DNA of 64,000 bases from positions 17,476,711 to 17,540,710 of the forward strand of contig MU054187.1 of assembly GCA_013239625.1 (NCBI GenBank), given 5' to 3'. This DNA comes from Lama guanicoe (taxonomy: Eukaryota). The notes beneath the pieces were generated by a model. The model was not told the origin of the DNA and ran no database searches. It was given only the letters and a program-made list of their open reading frames with translations. Of this stretch, positions 51,762 through 64,000 are shown one piece after another. Made by a program: the position numbers and the translations under genes. Every line of letters begins with the position of its first letter. Within the stretch, counting starts at the first letter, position 1.

Positions 51762-52000
51762 GAGAGGTAATGTGCACAGTGGTTAAGGACGTGGGCTCAG
51801 GACCTGTCTTACCTGAGCTTAAATCCTAATATCACTGTTTACTTGCTTGTGTAACTAAGGCAAGTCACTTTACTTCTCTATGTCTCAGTTTCTTTATCTG
51901 TAAAATGCAGATGATAAAAATAAGATTTTTATGAAGATTTAATGAGTGACTCAGGAACTTAGAGCACAATCTGTCACGAAGGAAGCATTACAGAAAGTTT
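51762..52000 (+). mobile_element. MIR SINE (host of a Vic-1 insertion)
   Basis: agtggttaaggacgtgggctc...ggcaagtcactt...tctcagtttctttatctgtaaaatg. Confidence 0.85.
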
Positions 52001-52002
52001 AG

Positions 52003-52150
52003 GGAGAGGAGGGTGTAGCTCAGTGGTACAGCATATGCTTAGCAAGCATGAAGTACTGGGCTCAAACCTCAGTACTTCCATTAAATAAATAAATAAATAT
52101 AGTTACCCCCCCACCAAAATAAAATAATTGGACCAAAAAACTAAGAAAAA
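52003..52150 (+). mobile_element. Vic-1-type tRNA-derived SINE (camelid)
   Basis: gagggtgtagctcagtggtacagcatatgcttagcaagcatgaagtactgggctcaaacctcagtacttcca (A/B-box-like head); A-rich tail; TSD aaagtttag at 51994-52002 and 52151-52159. Confidence 0.88.
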
Positions 52151-52333
52151 AAAGTTTAGTTATTAAGATTATCAAAAAGCTGTTCATTGCAATTAGTTGA
52201 ACAGACACTGAAAAAGGGATCTTCTTAGCCAATAACTCTCATCATGCTCCCTTTCTTCAGCTTATCAACGATGTAAGACAATTCTGATTTACTCTAAACA
52301 TTGTACACCTTGAAATATGCCAATTTTCTAAAA

Positions 52334-52519
52334 CGGTGGTTTTCAAAGTGCTATCCACAGACCAGAAGTATCAGCATTACCTGGGAACGTCTTAGATATT
52401 CATATTATCAAGGTGCACTTAGATCCTACTGAGTCAGAAATTTTGAGGGTGTAGTCACCAATCTGTTCTAAAAAGGCCCCCTGATGATTCTGATGTGCAT
52501 TAACGTCCAGAACTCCTGC
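52334..52519 (+). mobile_element. MER5A hAT-Charlie DNA transposon
   Basis: gtggttttcaaagtg...gaccagaagtatcagcattacctgggaac...cctactgagtcagaaa...tgattctgatg. Confidence 0.85.
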
Positions 52520-53039
52520 ACTAATAAACTCCAAAACTCCAGGTGTGATCCTTCTCACTATGAGATAAATGAATTCTAAACTACTAAAAATATAGGTTTC
52601 TTACTATGGCATCATAGAATTGTTCAAAATAAATCTATCTCTGAATCCACGTTAAAATTCCAAAAAAAAAGAAAAGAAAAAGAAAGAAATCCAAAACTAT
52701 TAACCAAAATCCTAGCTTTAGTTTGAAAATATTAGCATTATCATGCAGAACAAAATTTTTAGAAAAAAGGGAAGAAATGATTGAATTATGAAGAAATAAG
52801 ACATTAAAGATGTAAATAAGATTTTTTTTTCTTTTTGCTTGGAGAGCTAGCATAAGATATGGTGTGCTGCATAAATTGCTTTGAATAATTCTTATAATCC
52901 AGCTTTTCCTTTTATTAATTAATTTTAAATAACTAACTCATTGATTACTTATTAAACTCAGAGCCTGAATTTTCTCAGCTTTAATAAAAGCATTTAACAT
53001 GGCTCTTGGAATGATGCAATATAATATAAAAATACCTAT

Positions 53040-53325
53040 GACAATGTGCCAATCTATTGACCCTATCTGGCCAGCAGAATTGCTTTATTTACCCTGAATA
53101 GTGTTTTGAAAATCAGGAAATTTCTCATAAAAAATTAGAAACGCCAGCTTCTCTTGAAAAACTGTATGGCCTGGCAATATTGGGTCTGCATTACCATAAG
53201 TCCTCTGTCCTCTAGGACTAAGTAGCATATGCTTTCTAGGGTTCTAAATTTGATTGCCTCTAGGTCCGCTGACTTCACTCATTTTACCTGCTGGGACACT
53301 GCAAGCAGCTGACATTGTATTCTAT
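53040..53325 (+). mobile_element. MER102-like hAT-Charlie DNA transposon
   Basis: aatcaggaaatttctcataaaaa...gcttctcttgaaaaa...ctggcaatattgggtctgcatt...cttcactcatttt. Confidence 0.7.
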
Positions 53326-53834
53326 CCTCAAACAAAACTGCGACAAGAAAACCTCAGCAAATGGCAGATCTCTTCCCAGGCCACCAATCTTTCTTGTTTC
53401 TCCACTGGTAAAACATTAAAATCTGTCACAATAGAATTATTCCAATGGCTTGAGGAAGCTAAGGAAATAATGCGCAGACAAAGTTTTAAATTTATGCACT
53501 CTCAGTCCCATTACATGGATGGTCAACCCACAAAGCTGTTGTATCTCTAGATTTCTTTGAGCCTAACAGAGAAGAGGAACTTGGTGCACAACTGAAAGCC
53601 TCTTCCAGAGTCAATATCAGCCGTGGGAATTACTATGTTTTGACAGTAAAAACCTAGATTTGAAAACCTAGATTTCCACTTCAAAGTTAGAATTTTTAAA
53701 ATGAGATCATTGTAAGAAATAAGTTAAATCCAAATGTGTTAAGTATAATGTAGTACAGAATAGATTTTTATCAAGGTGTTTTTTTTTCCAAAAAGAGAAT
53801 TATTTGCTAGAAATGGCAGTTTAGATACCTCTGG

Positions 53835-53985
53835 AAACTTTGGTTTTAATGCTAGTCCAGCTGTGAGTGGCTTTGTGGATCTGAAGTAGTCGTTTAACCT
53901 CTCAGGCCCTCAGAGTACTCTTCTGTAAAATGAGGAGGCTGGACTGAGGTACCTTCCAGCTCTCAAAGTCTATTCTGTGATTCGA
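53835..53985 (+). mobile_element. MIR3/MIRc SINE fragment
   Basis: tttaacctctcaggccctcag...tctgtaaaatgaggaggctggact...ccttccagctct. Confidence 0.7.
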
Positions 53986-55978
53986 GGATGCTGGGGGCAG
54001 ACAATTCATTTCAGTTTTTTGTATAAATGACATCCAGTGTCATGAAATAATGTATCAAGAGCAGCAGCAGGGTCTTTCTATCCTGAATTTGGTTTGAAGC
54101 CAGCAGATAGGGTTGCTTGAATTCATTTTCTTTCTTTGGTGAGGGGATAGGTTTGATGACCTAATGGGCCTTTTTCCATCTCTTGTATCTTTGATGAGGC
54201 TACTAGGCCTCTACGTTGGGAACTGCAAAGAGTTACTGTGGTGAATTCTCCTTTGTAGTGATTTTCTCTTTTTCATCATGTTTGACATTTTTGCAATTGT
54301 GCTTTGATTCAGATTATATCCACTACATAGCTCAGTGTGCTAGTGAGCTGAGACTTTGCTAAGACACAGATGCCCAAGTATAGAAATTAAAAATGACAAG
54401 CTCAAGTATTGCCGCATGCTGTTTATATATATTATTTGAAGTAGCTGGTTGTATTTCAGTGAAGTTCCATAATGGTTATATGGCTTCAACAAGAAGTAGT
54501 TTCACATTTTTTTCTGTATACTAGTTTACTGGTAAATTACTACAATATCCCTTTTCCTCCTTTTCTCTTTTTTCTTTGAACAACTGCTAAAATGAATATT
54601 CCCTAATAGTCCATTTCAGAAAATAAAAATGGATCTTCCATGAAAATGGACTTTAGAATAAAGGTAATTTTTACTTCCAGCAAGAAAAAAAGAAAAAACA
54701 TTTTAAACTCAGTTCTTCCAGGAAATAAAAGTTCAGAAAAGAGCAATCAAATTTGCTTTGCACTCTTTATCATTAAAAATCATCTTCTACAGCATCTTAA
54801 ACAGAATAGAAAAATACAAAATAGATGGGAAATTATCCAGAAAGTAAAGAATTTAAACAGAATTTTCATAGACAAAAAATCTTTATGATTTATTAATTCT
54901 GGAAATTATACAAACACATGTCTGGACCAAACTCACACACACACGTTTGGACCAAACTCATTATACAAAGTTTGATTTTACATATTGTTTTCCAACTCTG
55001 TAAATAATTTAGAAAAACACTACATCCCTTCAATAGTTCTGAGTCATTGCCCAAAAATCAACTACAAAGGATAAGAGTTAAAGCTGAAAGGATAAGAGGG
55101 GACATAAAAGGAAAAGTTTCAAAGAAGAGAAAGGAGATTGAAAAGTTTGCAGTTATTCTCCAAGATTAATCATAATTATGAATTAATCTAGGAATTAAAC
55201 ATGTCAGAAGGTGAAACACTAGAAATTTTTCTTTTACTAACATTCATCCTTAATGCTAATAATGATTTAAAAATACTAAATTTCTATTAATTGAGTTTAT
55301 GGTGTTCAGAAATCTTGATAAATATATTAAAAGTAGATAAATTGAACACATCTCAAATACAAATACAATTAAAGTTGCAAATAATTGTTAAATTCTTCCT
55401 TTATAAAAGTTATTTAAAGATCAAATAGGAAAACTATCCACTTCAATGCTAATAATAAGTAATTCTCTCTAAGCCACTTCAGTACTAACATGCATAAGAC
55501 AAAAGCAATTTTTGTATTAAGTTTTTACTTAGAAATAATCTTAAGTAATATCAAGATTCTAAGGACATACACACACATATACACATACATACTCTAGAAT
55601 ACTGTGCCTATTAACAAACCATTGAAATTATAGTATATTACTGTCTGTTTTGGATTAAATTTTGACTCTCATTCTCTTTGTTTTAAAACAGAAGTCCTTT
55701 TATTAAAGAAAAGTATTTCTACTCTAGGACAAACATGAATGTCAGAATCAGATTCACTAGAAAGTAAAAGTAGTCTAGAGGATGCTAACATTTAAATTAG
55801 GCAAGAGATACATGCTTAACAAAGTTTCCATTGAGCCCCTCTTTCTTCACCTAGTTTTTAAATTCAAGTAATAGCCAATTAATGGAATTTTCTATTTCAG
55901 TGAATATTCTAATTCTTATTGTTAATATTTTACCTGCTGGTCTTGGACACTCATTAACTTTTGCCAAGGGCTCTCATT

Positions 55979-56008
55979 TTTGTTTGTTTGTTTGTTTGTT
56001 TGTTTGTT
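55979..56008. repeat. (TTTG)n microsatellite
   Basis: Direct reading. Confidence 0.9.
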
Positions 56009-56249
56009 GCACAAAGATGTGCATCAGATAGAAGCAGTACATGAGAATTTAGTCAGTTATCTTTATTTCACACCAAATTACATTGCTCCAGCAGTGAGAA
56101 ATAAGTTTCTTCAAGAACAGCAAGGAATCAAATTATACCTAAATGATTCTTTTATATTTTTTAAAAATTTAAGCTCTTTTAAAATTTTATAGCATTAAAT
56201 AATCTTAAAGCATGCCTAAATAAATTAATGTAGTCAACACACATTTTTA

Positions 56250-56750
56250 ATTACCAGCTGAATAGGAAAAGAGAATCCAAACAATTCAGCTAATTACTAC
56301 CCTCAACCCCTTAAAAAAAATGATAAAGTAAAAGAAACACAACCCTGCCAACTGAATCATGTATCATTAAAGAAATACTTGAGAATACACTAAAACATAT
56401 CAAATTAGAAATTCATGAGCTAATAGTACAAATATATAAAATGAAAAGAAATAATAAAATGAGGGGTATTTGAACTCAGGAGAAAAAAAGAAAAGATGGC
56501 AGAAATAAATATTAAATTCTCAGATACCCAATAAAACTAATAAATTTGAAGCAAACTTACTAAAAAGGTTAGAATAAAGTGATAAATAATGAGAATAGAA
56601 ATAAAATAAAAAATAAAATGGTCAAAGAGAAAATAGTTTAGAGGTTAATCAAAGAAGACCTAACATATGCACAGTTGGAGATCCTGAAGAAAAAAACAAA
56701 TGAAAGAGAAGTAATATCCAGTAGGAGAATAAGAAGAGCTGATTTCTCAA
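56250..56750 (+). mobile_element. Old L1M ORF1 fragment
   Basis: A-rich; agaagacctaacatatgcacagttggagatcctgaagaa is the conserved ORF1 segment. Confidence 0.6.
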
Positions 56751-56939
56751 AATTTTATAGTTGCCATTTCATTCATAAAAGTTAAAGAGTTATAGGGTTG
56801 TAGGTAACAGAGGAAAACAAAATATCACTACAATTTTATCGAAAAAATTTAAATCTATATAATAAAAATCTGGAAATCCAGGGTGGTGGAAACTGAAACT
56901 ATTATTAATAGTCACTGCTTTTCTGAAATAAAGACAGGC

Positions 56940-57480
56940 TGTGAAAAATTATGAGATGTGAAAAAGAATGACAGAGATGATGACTTAGAATTTCAGTACT
57001 GAAACCAGTAGAGGTTGTGATGGCAGAAACGAGTAAGGACATAGATCAGGAAGAATCTGGATATCATACTTAATATTTTGATTTTTATTGTATAAACTAT
57101 CAAAAAATACTGAAGCATTGTGGATGCTAAATCATGCTCTTTAGGAAGAATGGATTAGAGGCAGGATGAGAATAATAACAACAAAACATATAGAACAATC
57201 TGAGGGTGGTAGCAATGACCTAGGTAAGTAAAGAAACAATAATACAGAATAAGGAGTAACTGATATATTGTAGCGTGTTATACAGGAATAATCCTGGGTA
57301 AGAATCTGGGTGACAGAATGTAGAATAACTTCCCTATTTCTTGTCTGAGTGACTATTTGAACTGTGATTGTTATTCGACATAAGGAACAAAGTGGAGAAA
57401 GAAGCTATCGGGAGGGAAAATACAGTACAGGTAGTTAGTATTGGAAAAAAGTAAGGATAACCAGTTTAAATTTTGATTTG
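56940..57480 (-). mobile_element. L2 fragment (degenerate)
   Basis: atatcatacttaatattttgatttttattg...gaagaatggattagagg...tatttcttgtctgagtgact. Confidence 0.55.
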
Positions 57481-58209
57481 ATAACTGTGTAAAAAACCCT
57501 AAGTTCCAGGAACAAATATATATTTTATTTATAACCCTCTCATCTTTTTCTAAGCCAGGACTACAGCTGACAAACTAGCTTCTACATCTATTGTAACTAT
57601 TTTCCTACCCTTGTTTGTTGGTTTTACCCACTTTCTCAACATGGACTTATAATTCTGATGGGTCTGGCCTAAAATCACAACTCTGCTCTTTTCTAGTCAT
57701 GTGCCTTAGAGGACATTTGATTACAGTGGAGAAATATAAGTTAAAATAACACAAGTCAAAAATAAAAGAAAAAAATGTAGTAATGGTGGAATATTTAGGA
57801 TTCTAAAATAGCATTTCTGAGATGTAAAAGGTTCTGCAATCAAAAACTAGACATTCATAAGTAATTAAGTTGCCATTTCTTGAGCCTATTTGTTCATATG
57901 TAGTAAACAGCACCCAGGGTTATAGGAGCCCACTAAAGTAGGTGGTAGGACATTTTCATTAGGTCAGTGTCATTTAGGGGACACAGCAAAAGTTGTTTAG
58001 CATGCCATATGGCTCTGGTTCATCACAAGGGAAGTATTCTAATGCAGATTGAAAATGAACACCCATAAGCTGCAGTTAAAGTTACTATTTAGGAATATAG
58101 CTCAGGGTATGTGATATGGTACAAAAAGTACTTGTTTCGGAGTTACCGAGAATTAAGTGAACAAGGCTTTATATTGGAGACAGTAATGATAATAATAATA
58201 ATAAAAACC

Positions 58210-58430
58210 AAAAATATCTACTATTAATTAATACTTTAATGGCTGACTACCATGCTATGTATGTAAATACGTAAGCTAATTGAATCATCAGAACCACCTC
58301 CAGAGATAGGTGCTGCTTTTCATTCCTGTCTTACAGAAAATTGAAGGCTATTTATACAGGTTGAATATACAGCTAAGGCCATCTCATAAATGTTGCACAC
58401 AGGATTTGAAGTTATTTCTTACTCTAAATC
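58210..58430 (-). mobile_element. MIR SINE
   Basis: tgaatcatcagaaccacctccagagataggtg...cctgtcttacaga...caggatttgaa. Confidence 0.55.
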
Positions 58431-59308
58431 ACTTCATTATAATCCGAACTTCCTAGTTTATATGATAATCATTTTTTCTTTATAAAATCAAGATACATTA
58501 ACTGCCCTGTCATAAGAGTAGAGATTTTGCATGTAGCTAACCCAGTGTAGTGCATAGCACATGTTTTATACTCTAAAATATTAATTATTATTTTGACAAT
58601 TATGTTGATGAAAATTATTATAATCACTTGGAGTACACACAGATCTTCACAAATTATCTGTCTATGGATCAGAAAAGAAATTCATGCAGATACATTTGGA
58701 GTCAGTATAAACTGGATTATATGAGTAATTATCACAGGGAAAGGAAAGACTGTTTCTTTGTATTTTTCTACAAAAATTAATTAGTTTGCTATTTAGTTAA
58801 AGTTGGTCTAAATATTAGTTAGTTATGAGATCAGGATTCAACGTGGTAATACTTTAGAGAAAAAATATAAACAGTAAGGCATGTAGAAAACATGGAATGT
58901 TATAAAATAACCTTTACTTCAATGACAAACATACACTAAGCTCAGATGAAGTAGAATGTAATTTCCCAGAAACCACTCACCAAATAACATTTGATAAACT
59001 TATGCTGTGAAAAATACTATGGGGGAAAAAAAGTAAAAAACAGAAAACATACAGAACAAATAGGACCAAGAGACAAAGGAATATAGAAAGATGTAATAGC
59101 ATATTCAAAGATAAAATTTCATACCACACACACATTGTGTATGTGTGCTGAGATGGCACAGGGCAATCAAATGATTGGAAATAAATGGAGTTATGCCAAA
59201 AGAATAAGCACTCCTGCTGTTGAAATTCTGACATTGATTTAGGTAAAACAGCTCTGTGGTCATAAAGAGAAAACATACAAGATACGTTTTGCATCTATAT
59301 TTGAATAA

Positions 59309-59650
59309 TGTAATCACCAGGAACTTTTGTTTGAAAAGATAAAAATTTAAATCAATCCAGTTGAAGTAAAAAGGAAATTTGTTGGTTAAAGCATCTGGAG
59401 AAAAAAAATATTAACATTGCTCAGAAAATCACAAAGTATACATTCTTTTTTCTCTGTTTCTGTTTGCAAACTGGCCTCATTCTCCCCGTCTGTAGGCAAG
59501 CACTTTACATGTTGGAGAAACAAGGCCATTACAGACTCAGTTCAGCAACTTCAGTGGAAAGAGAAAGTTTTGTTCTTTCATCATCTGTACAATATTCCCA
59601 GAAAACACTCTGAATACATATTTATATGTACCATCACTTAATCAATCAAA
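59309..59650 (-). mobile_element. Old MLT1 MaLR LTR fragment
   Basis: tgtaatcaccaggaacttttgtttgaaa...aagtaaaaaggaaatttgttgg...ccatcacttaatcaatca. Confidence 0.5.
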
Positions 59651-60209
59651 AATTGGCTCTCTCTCTTTGGGTTACATAAATTAACCACAGTTTCCCCCAA
59701 ATTATAAAGATGTTCTTAACTTAAAGTAATGCCCATTTTTCAAGCCCTATCTTCATTCAGATAAAACGGTCAGGCTTAATCAGAGGGTTAAGCTTCTGAG
59801 CTAGTGCTGAAAGTTTTATATTATGCTTCCTAAGTCTCCAAAAGATTAACTGGTATATGAGCTTATTAGTAGTAAATTGTCAGGAAATGTATCTAAGGGC
59901 AACCTTGATGGATATTTGAATTACCCAATTATCATCTACTCTATGAACACAGTAATTTATAAATAAGTGAGCACAGCACAATTTTAACTTACCACAAATG
60001 CCTAAGAAAATTAAATGTAGTTATCACATATAAATTTATATGGCTATTTGATTAATTCACTGGTTACTACATGAAAGGGCAAAACGAAGTTAAGGCTAGG
60101 AACAGTACTAGAAAAAGTATCATCTCGTGAGTTTTTTTTTTTTTAAATGACATGACTTTAGTAGCTGAGGAACTGAAATAAAACACTATGGAATTCAAGT
60201 ATGAAAGAT

Positions 60210-61675
60210 TTCCACTTCTAACATGACAGGATAAAAGGTACCAGACTTGCCTTTTACTTCATCAATGCAAAAATGGGCAAAACACATGAAACGAACATTC
60301 AGACATTGTACAACAGATGTGAAGATCTCTGAAAGAAGGAGAAGCAATGAGGTAACCCCCAATGCTTGCATCTGCTTTCCTCCTGGAGGCACTTCTGAGA
60401 CCACTTTAGAGTGAGACAGAACCCAGGTAGATTTCAGCATTCTTGTCAAGTTGGTGAGACAAAGCTAGCAACTCAGGGAGATGAGGCAGGTGAAATCTGG
60501 GGGACAAAGTTCTGGAAAGGAGAGAGCTATGTAGTAAGGCTCCAGAAATCTGCACAAGGCCCATTGTGTTTGCTGGTGAAACACCAGGACATTGAGCAAA
60601 GAACCACATGGGATCTGTAAGCTAAACAATTCCCAGAGCTAATGCAAGGCTAGGAGACATTCAAATTACAATCAGTGACAGTAGAGAGAACAGAGAACAC
60701 GGTGAACAGATGAGACTTTCAGTAAAGAACTCAAGTGTCAGTTCTTAATACAGCCAACTAAAGAATGTCTGTTACTCACCACCTGGTTCTATGAGAGTTA
60801 AATCATGAGCCACTGCAGTCGCTGACCTTCAACACACCATGAATAGAATTCAGGGGGGAAGTCGGGAGTTAGGCAATTGTACTCTGGGAAAACTGGCAGA
60901 ACTGGTCCTCAGATGGTTAGATATTTTCAGGAACATTTTTTATGAACCTAGATTCTTGTATCTTCCCATACTTAGTAAAGAACTAAAACCATCATCTGAG
61001 GTATCTGTTCCTCGTAACCAGCAGCAATTTTCCACTGAGATGGGTGCTTGATTACACGTACCCCTCACCAAAGTCACATATATGCTGATCTCTCCTCCTT
61101 ACTTCTTTGGAACAGTTACTCAGGGCTATCTGAGAGGCTGTCTCCTGGACCGTGGTCCTCAGTAAGACACTGAAATAACTCAGTTCACAATTCTTACATT
61201 GTGTGTGTGCTTTTTCCAAGTCAACAATACAAAGGCTGTATATCGAAGGCTACTCTAGACCCACTTCAACTAAAACTTATAATCAAGATTTGAATGTAAT
61301 TCAACTAATGGTAAAGACAAAATGCAATAGTCTTTAAAGGAAGACTATAAAAACCCAAGACACTCCACAATGTAATACAGCAACAGTCAGCATCCAACCA
61401 AATATAACTAAAAGCAGGAAATGTGGCCCTTAGTGAGGAAAAAAGAATATGTCACTAATACAGACTCAAAAATGGCAGAGATGATGGAACATATAGATAG
61501 CAATGTTTAAAAAAAATTACAAAAACATCCAAGTATTTAAAAGAAATATGGCCACATTGAAGAGATCAATAAAATATATAGACCAAGTGGAAAGATAAAA
61601 ACTCAGCATGGGACATAACAACTTTACTAGTTGAGATTGGGAGCAGATTAGATGCTACAAAAGAAAATAGAAATT
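60210..61675 (+). mobile_element. Old L1M 5' region/ORF1 start, interrupted by an ERV1 LTR
   Basis: acttctaacatgacagg...ggcaaaacacatgaaac...cagacattg...ctccagaaatctgcacaagg...aaggctactctagaccc...gcagagatgatggaa. Confidence 0.7.
60770..61226 (+). mobile_element. ERV1-type solo LTR (cetartiodactyl-like), 457 bp
   Basis: TG...CA ends (tgttactc...agtcaaca); ctctgggaaaactggcagaac, tcagggctatctgagaggctgtctcc, gtcctcagtaag; no clean TSD seen. Confidence 0.75.
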
Positions 61676-61690
61676 GAAACGTCATATTTT

Positions 61691-61854
61691 CTCCTCTTTC
61701 TTTCTTTCTTTCTTCCTTTCTTCCTTTTTTTGTGGGAAGGAGGTAATTTTAGGTTTATCTATTTGTTTATTTTTTTAAACAGAGCTACTGGGAATTGAAA
61801 CCAGGCCCTTGTGCATGCTAGGCATGCATTCTACCACTGAGCTAAACCCTCCCC
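61691..61854 (-). mobile_element. Vic-1-type tRNA-derived SINE (camelid)
   Basis: Reverse complement ggggagggtttagctcagtggtagaatgcatgcctagcatgcacaagggcctggtttcaattcccagtag; TSD tgaaacgtcatatttt (61675-61690) vs tgaaatgtcatttttt (61856-61871), 14/16. Confidence 0.9.
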
Positions 61855-62654
61855 ATGAAATGTCATTTTTTTTTATTGCTATGGTGATTACAATTGTCAG
61901 AACTCTTTTAAATTGTACAGTTAAACTGGGTGAATGTTTTGTATGTAAACTGTTTGACTTAAGAAATAAAATTCTATTACGGATCTCTCTGACACAATGG
62001 CAGATCAAATACATTCGTAAACTTCCACTTTTGCTCCCAACAAAATATAAAAGAAAAATCAGAAACAGAGAAGTCTCTTGCTCCCACTGGGCACTGGAGA
62101 CAAATGGGGCTACTGAGAGGGCAGTCTTAATGTTTGAGTGGAAACAGCGGTTCAAGCCAACCACTTCTTTTATGATTTGGGATTTGAAACGTGCTTCCTG
62201 AACAAAACCAATAACCCCACCAAGATCTGAGCTATTAACCAGTTCCCTGCCCATAAGAAGAGGTGATTTAAAGTCAGGCATGGCCGGCTGGCCCCAGGCC
62301 ACACCCTCTAAATAGGAATAGAGCCAGAAATTGTGCTCTTTGAATTGTAAAAGTGTTGCTAATGTGAGTCTTGATTTGCTCTTCTGGAGCCTAAAGAGCC
62401 TGGAACACAACTATTAAACAGTTTCAAAAGGAACCCTCACAATCCAGAGTACATATGGATAAAAAATTCCCATGAAAATTTTCACAAACATAAAACTTTC
62501 CAAGTATAAAAGAAAAGTCAGCTTAAGAAAACAAATGCAAAAGATGAAAAAATTCCTTACAGATGATAGAAATCTGAAAACAATGTTAGCATAAGTGCTT
62601 TTATAAATCCTCAAAAGATAAAGAAGTACAGGGCCCATAAAGAACAGAGATTTT

Positions 62655-62849
62655 GGGGATTTGGGGATTAGTGGATACAAACTATTATATACAGAATAAA
62701 TAAACAAGGTCCTACTGTATAGCACAAGGAACTGTATCTAATAGCTTATAATGAAAAAAATATGAAAAATAATATATATGTATAACTGAATCACTATGCT
62801 ATACACCAGAAACTAACAACATTGTTAGTTTACTACATTTCAGTTTTTA
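62655..62849 (+). mobile_element. Short cetartiodactyl-type L1 3' UTR with TSD
   Basis: aaacaaggtcctactgtatagcacaaggaact...tataactgaatcactatgctatacaccagaaactaac; TSD aaagaacagagatttt (62639-62654) vs aaagaacagaaatttt (62850-62865), 15/16. Confidence 0.9.
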
Positions 62850-62865
62850 AAAGAACAGAAATTTT

Positions 62866-63830
62866 AATAAAAAGCAAGGATAACATAAAGAAATGAGGTA
62901 ATTGTGGAAATTAACATACACTTAGTAGAAATTAAAACTCAATATCATGCTAAATAATAACTTCCAAAATACACCTAAGAGAAGCTATAGAAGGAAATGA
63001 TTTAGACAATGTTGTAGAAAAAAATATTTGAAGGGTTTATAGTCAAAGTTTTCCAAAGTACAGGTAAGATATTAGTTCTCAGGTTGAGAAACCCTATAAA
63101 CAGTTTTACCTGTCTGTGATGTGTTGATTTTTAGACACACCACAGTGAAACTGTAAAACATCAAGGATGTATTCTGAAAGCAACCACAAAGAAAATAAAA
63201 TGATTAAAAAGAAGTAACAGTTGGGTTTACAGGAAATTTATTTTATTAAAAAGAGTAGGCATGCTGTAATAAATAACATGTTTAAGTAATGCAGGCAAAG
63301 GATGTGACTCTAAAATTTAATACCAGCAAAACTGTCATTCAGAAATATGAGGTTTACAAAATGCTATTCTCAGCTATATTGAAATCATTCAACATATACC
63401 TTTCCTAAACTGACAGATTCATATTATTAGCAATTATATGAATGAATAATAAAAATTAATAACATAGAATTTTTTCAGGGAAAAAACAAGAACTTTGATC
63501 TAGATATTAAAAGACTATGAAAATTACCAGAATGATCAATAGCAATGCACATTCTAATACCACTAGATTTCAAAGTTAAGCAAACAATCCTTTGGGCATG
63601 TGGGCAAAATGATCAATCACTTGGAGAAGAAAATATCAGATTAGCCTTCAGCACACAGTTGGCAAATCTGAAAGTCTTCAGGGAAAAAAAAATAGTTGAT
63701 CTTAGAATGTTTGGAACTCAATAAAACATCTTTCCATTATAAAGATAATAAACATTTTTGAAGGTTCAAACACTCAGAAAATACATTTATCAGGTTTGGA
63801 GAGATTCCTACAAAACAAAATTTATACTTG
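62866..63830 (+). mobile_element. Old HAL1/L1ME-like ORF1 fragments
   Basis: A-rich; tctcaggttgagaa...tagacacaccacagtgaaact...taccagcaaaactgtcattc resemble ORF1 segments. Confidence 0.5.
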
Positions 63831-63834
63831 ATAT

Positions 63835-64000
63835 TCTTTCATTCTATTTAAATGGTGTCTTTCTACTAATTATATGATCAGTTGTTTGCTGTCAGTGTAG
63901 AGAAATGTGATTGATTTCCATATATTAATTTTCTATCCAGTCACTCTTCTAAGCTTTCCCACCATTTCTAATAATTATTAGAACAATCTCTTAGGTTTTT
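63835..64000 (-). mobile_element. L1 ORF2 fragment, runs off the window end
   Basis: gtttgctgtcagtgtagagaaatgtgattgattt...tatccagtcactct...tcttaggttttt. Confidence 0.7.

Noticed and set aside
52010..52080. tRNA-like sequence (also at 61785-61854)
   Set aside because: These are SINE heads with A-rich tails and TSDs, not functional tRNA genes.
61775..62410. Longest ORF (211 aa, minus) and overlapping 130-aa plus ORF
   Set aside because: They run across a Vic-1 SINE and old LINE remnants; no recognisable domain or coding-like composition.
1..64000. CRISPR arrays, operons or other prokaryotic systems
   Set aside because: The sequence is mammalian and repeat-laden; no regularly spaced direct repeats or gene-dense ORF structure.

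Overview
AT-rich mammalian non-coding DNA, most likely deep intron or gene desert. It is very probably from a camelid (alpaca/llama/camel): two tRNA-derived Vic-1-type SINEs and a young camelid-like L1 3' end are present. I could not recognise any host protein-coding exon, RNA gene or prokaryotic system. The few ORFs in the track that are recognisably protein-like are degenerate L1 ORF2 pieces; the rest look like chance or low-complexity frames. A large part of the window is interspersed repeats (L1, L2, L3/CR1, MIR, hAT-Charlie DNA transposons, solo LTRs), often nested and sometimes with readable target-site duplications. Repeat family names come from my recollection of consensus sequences and boundaries are approximate. 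The most notable sequence-level observations are: (i) a 70-bp inverted, apparently locally templated insertion inside an L1 fragment; (ii) several minus-strand splice-signal constellations, including a candidate 24/36-nt microexon with a 129-nt AG-free zone and a CAG-CAG-GTATGT micro-exon/recursive site; (iii) a perfect 28-bp tandem duplication of a donor-containing cassette; and (iv) a CpG-enriched patch at the left edge. I do not see evidence for a new biological system; these are testable candidates only.
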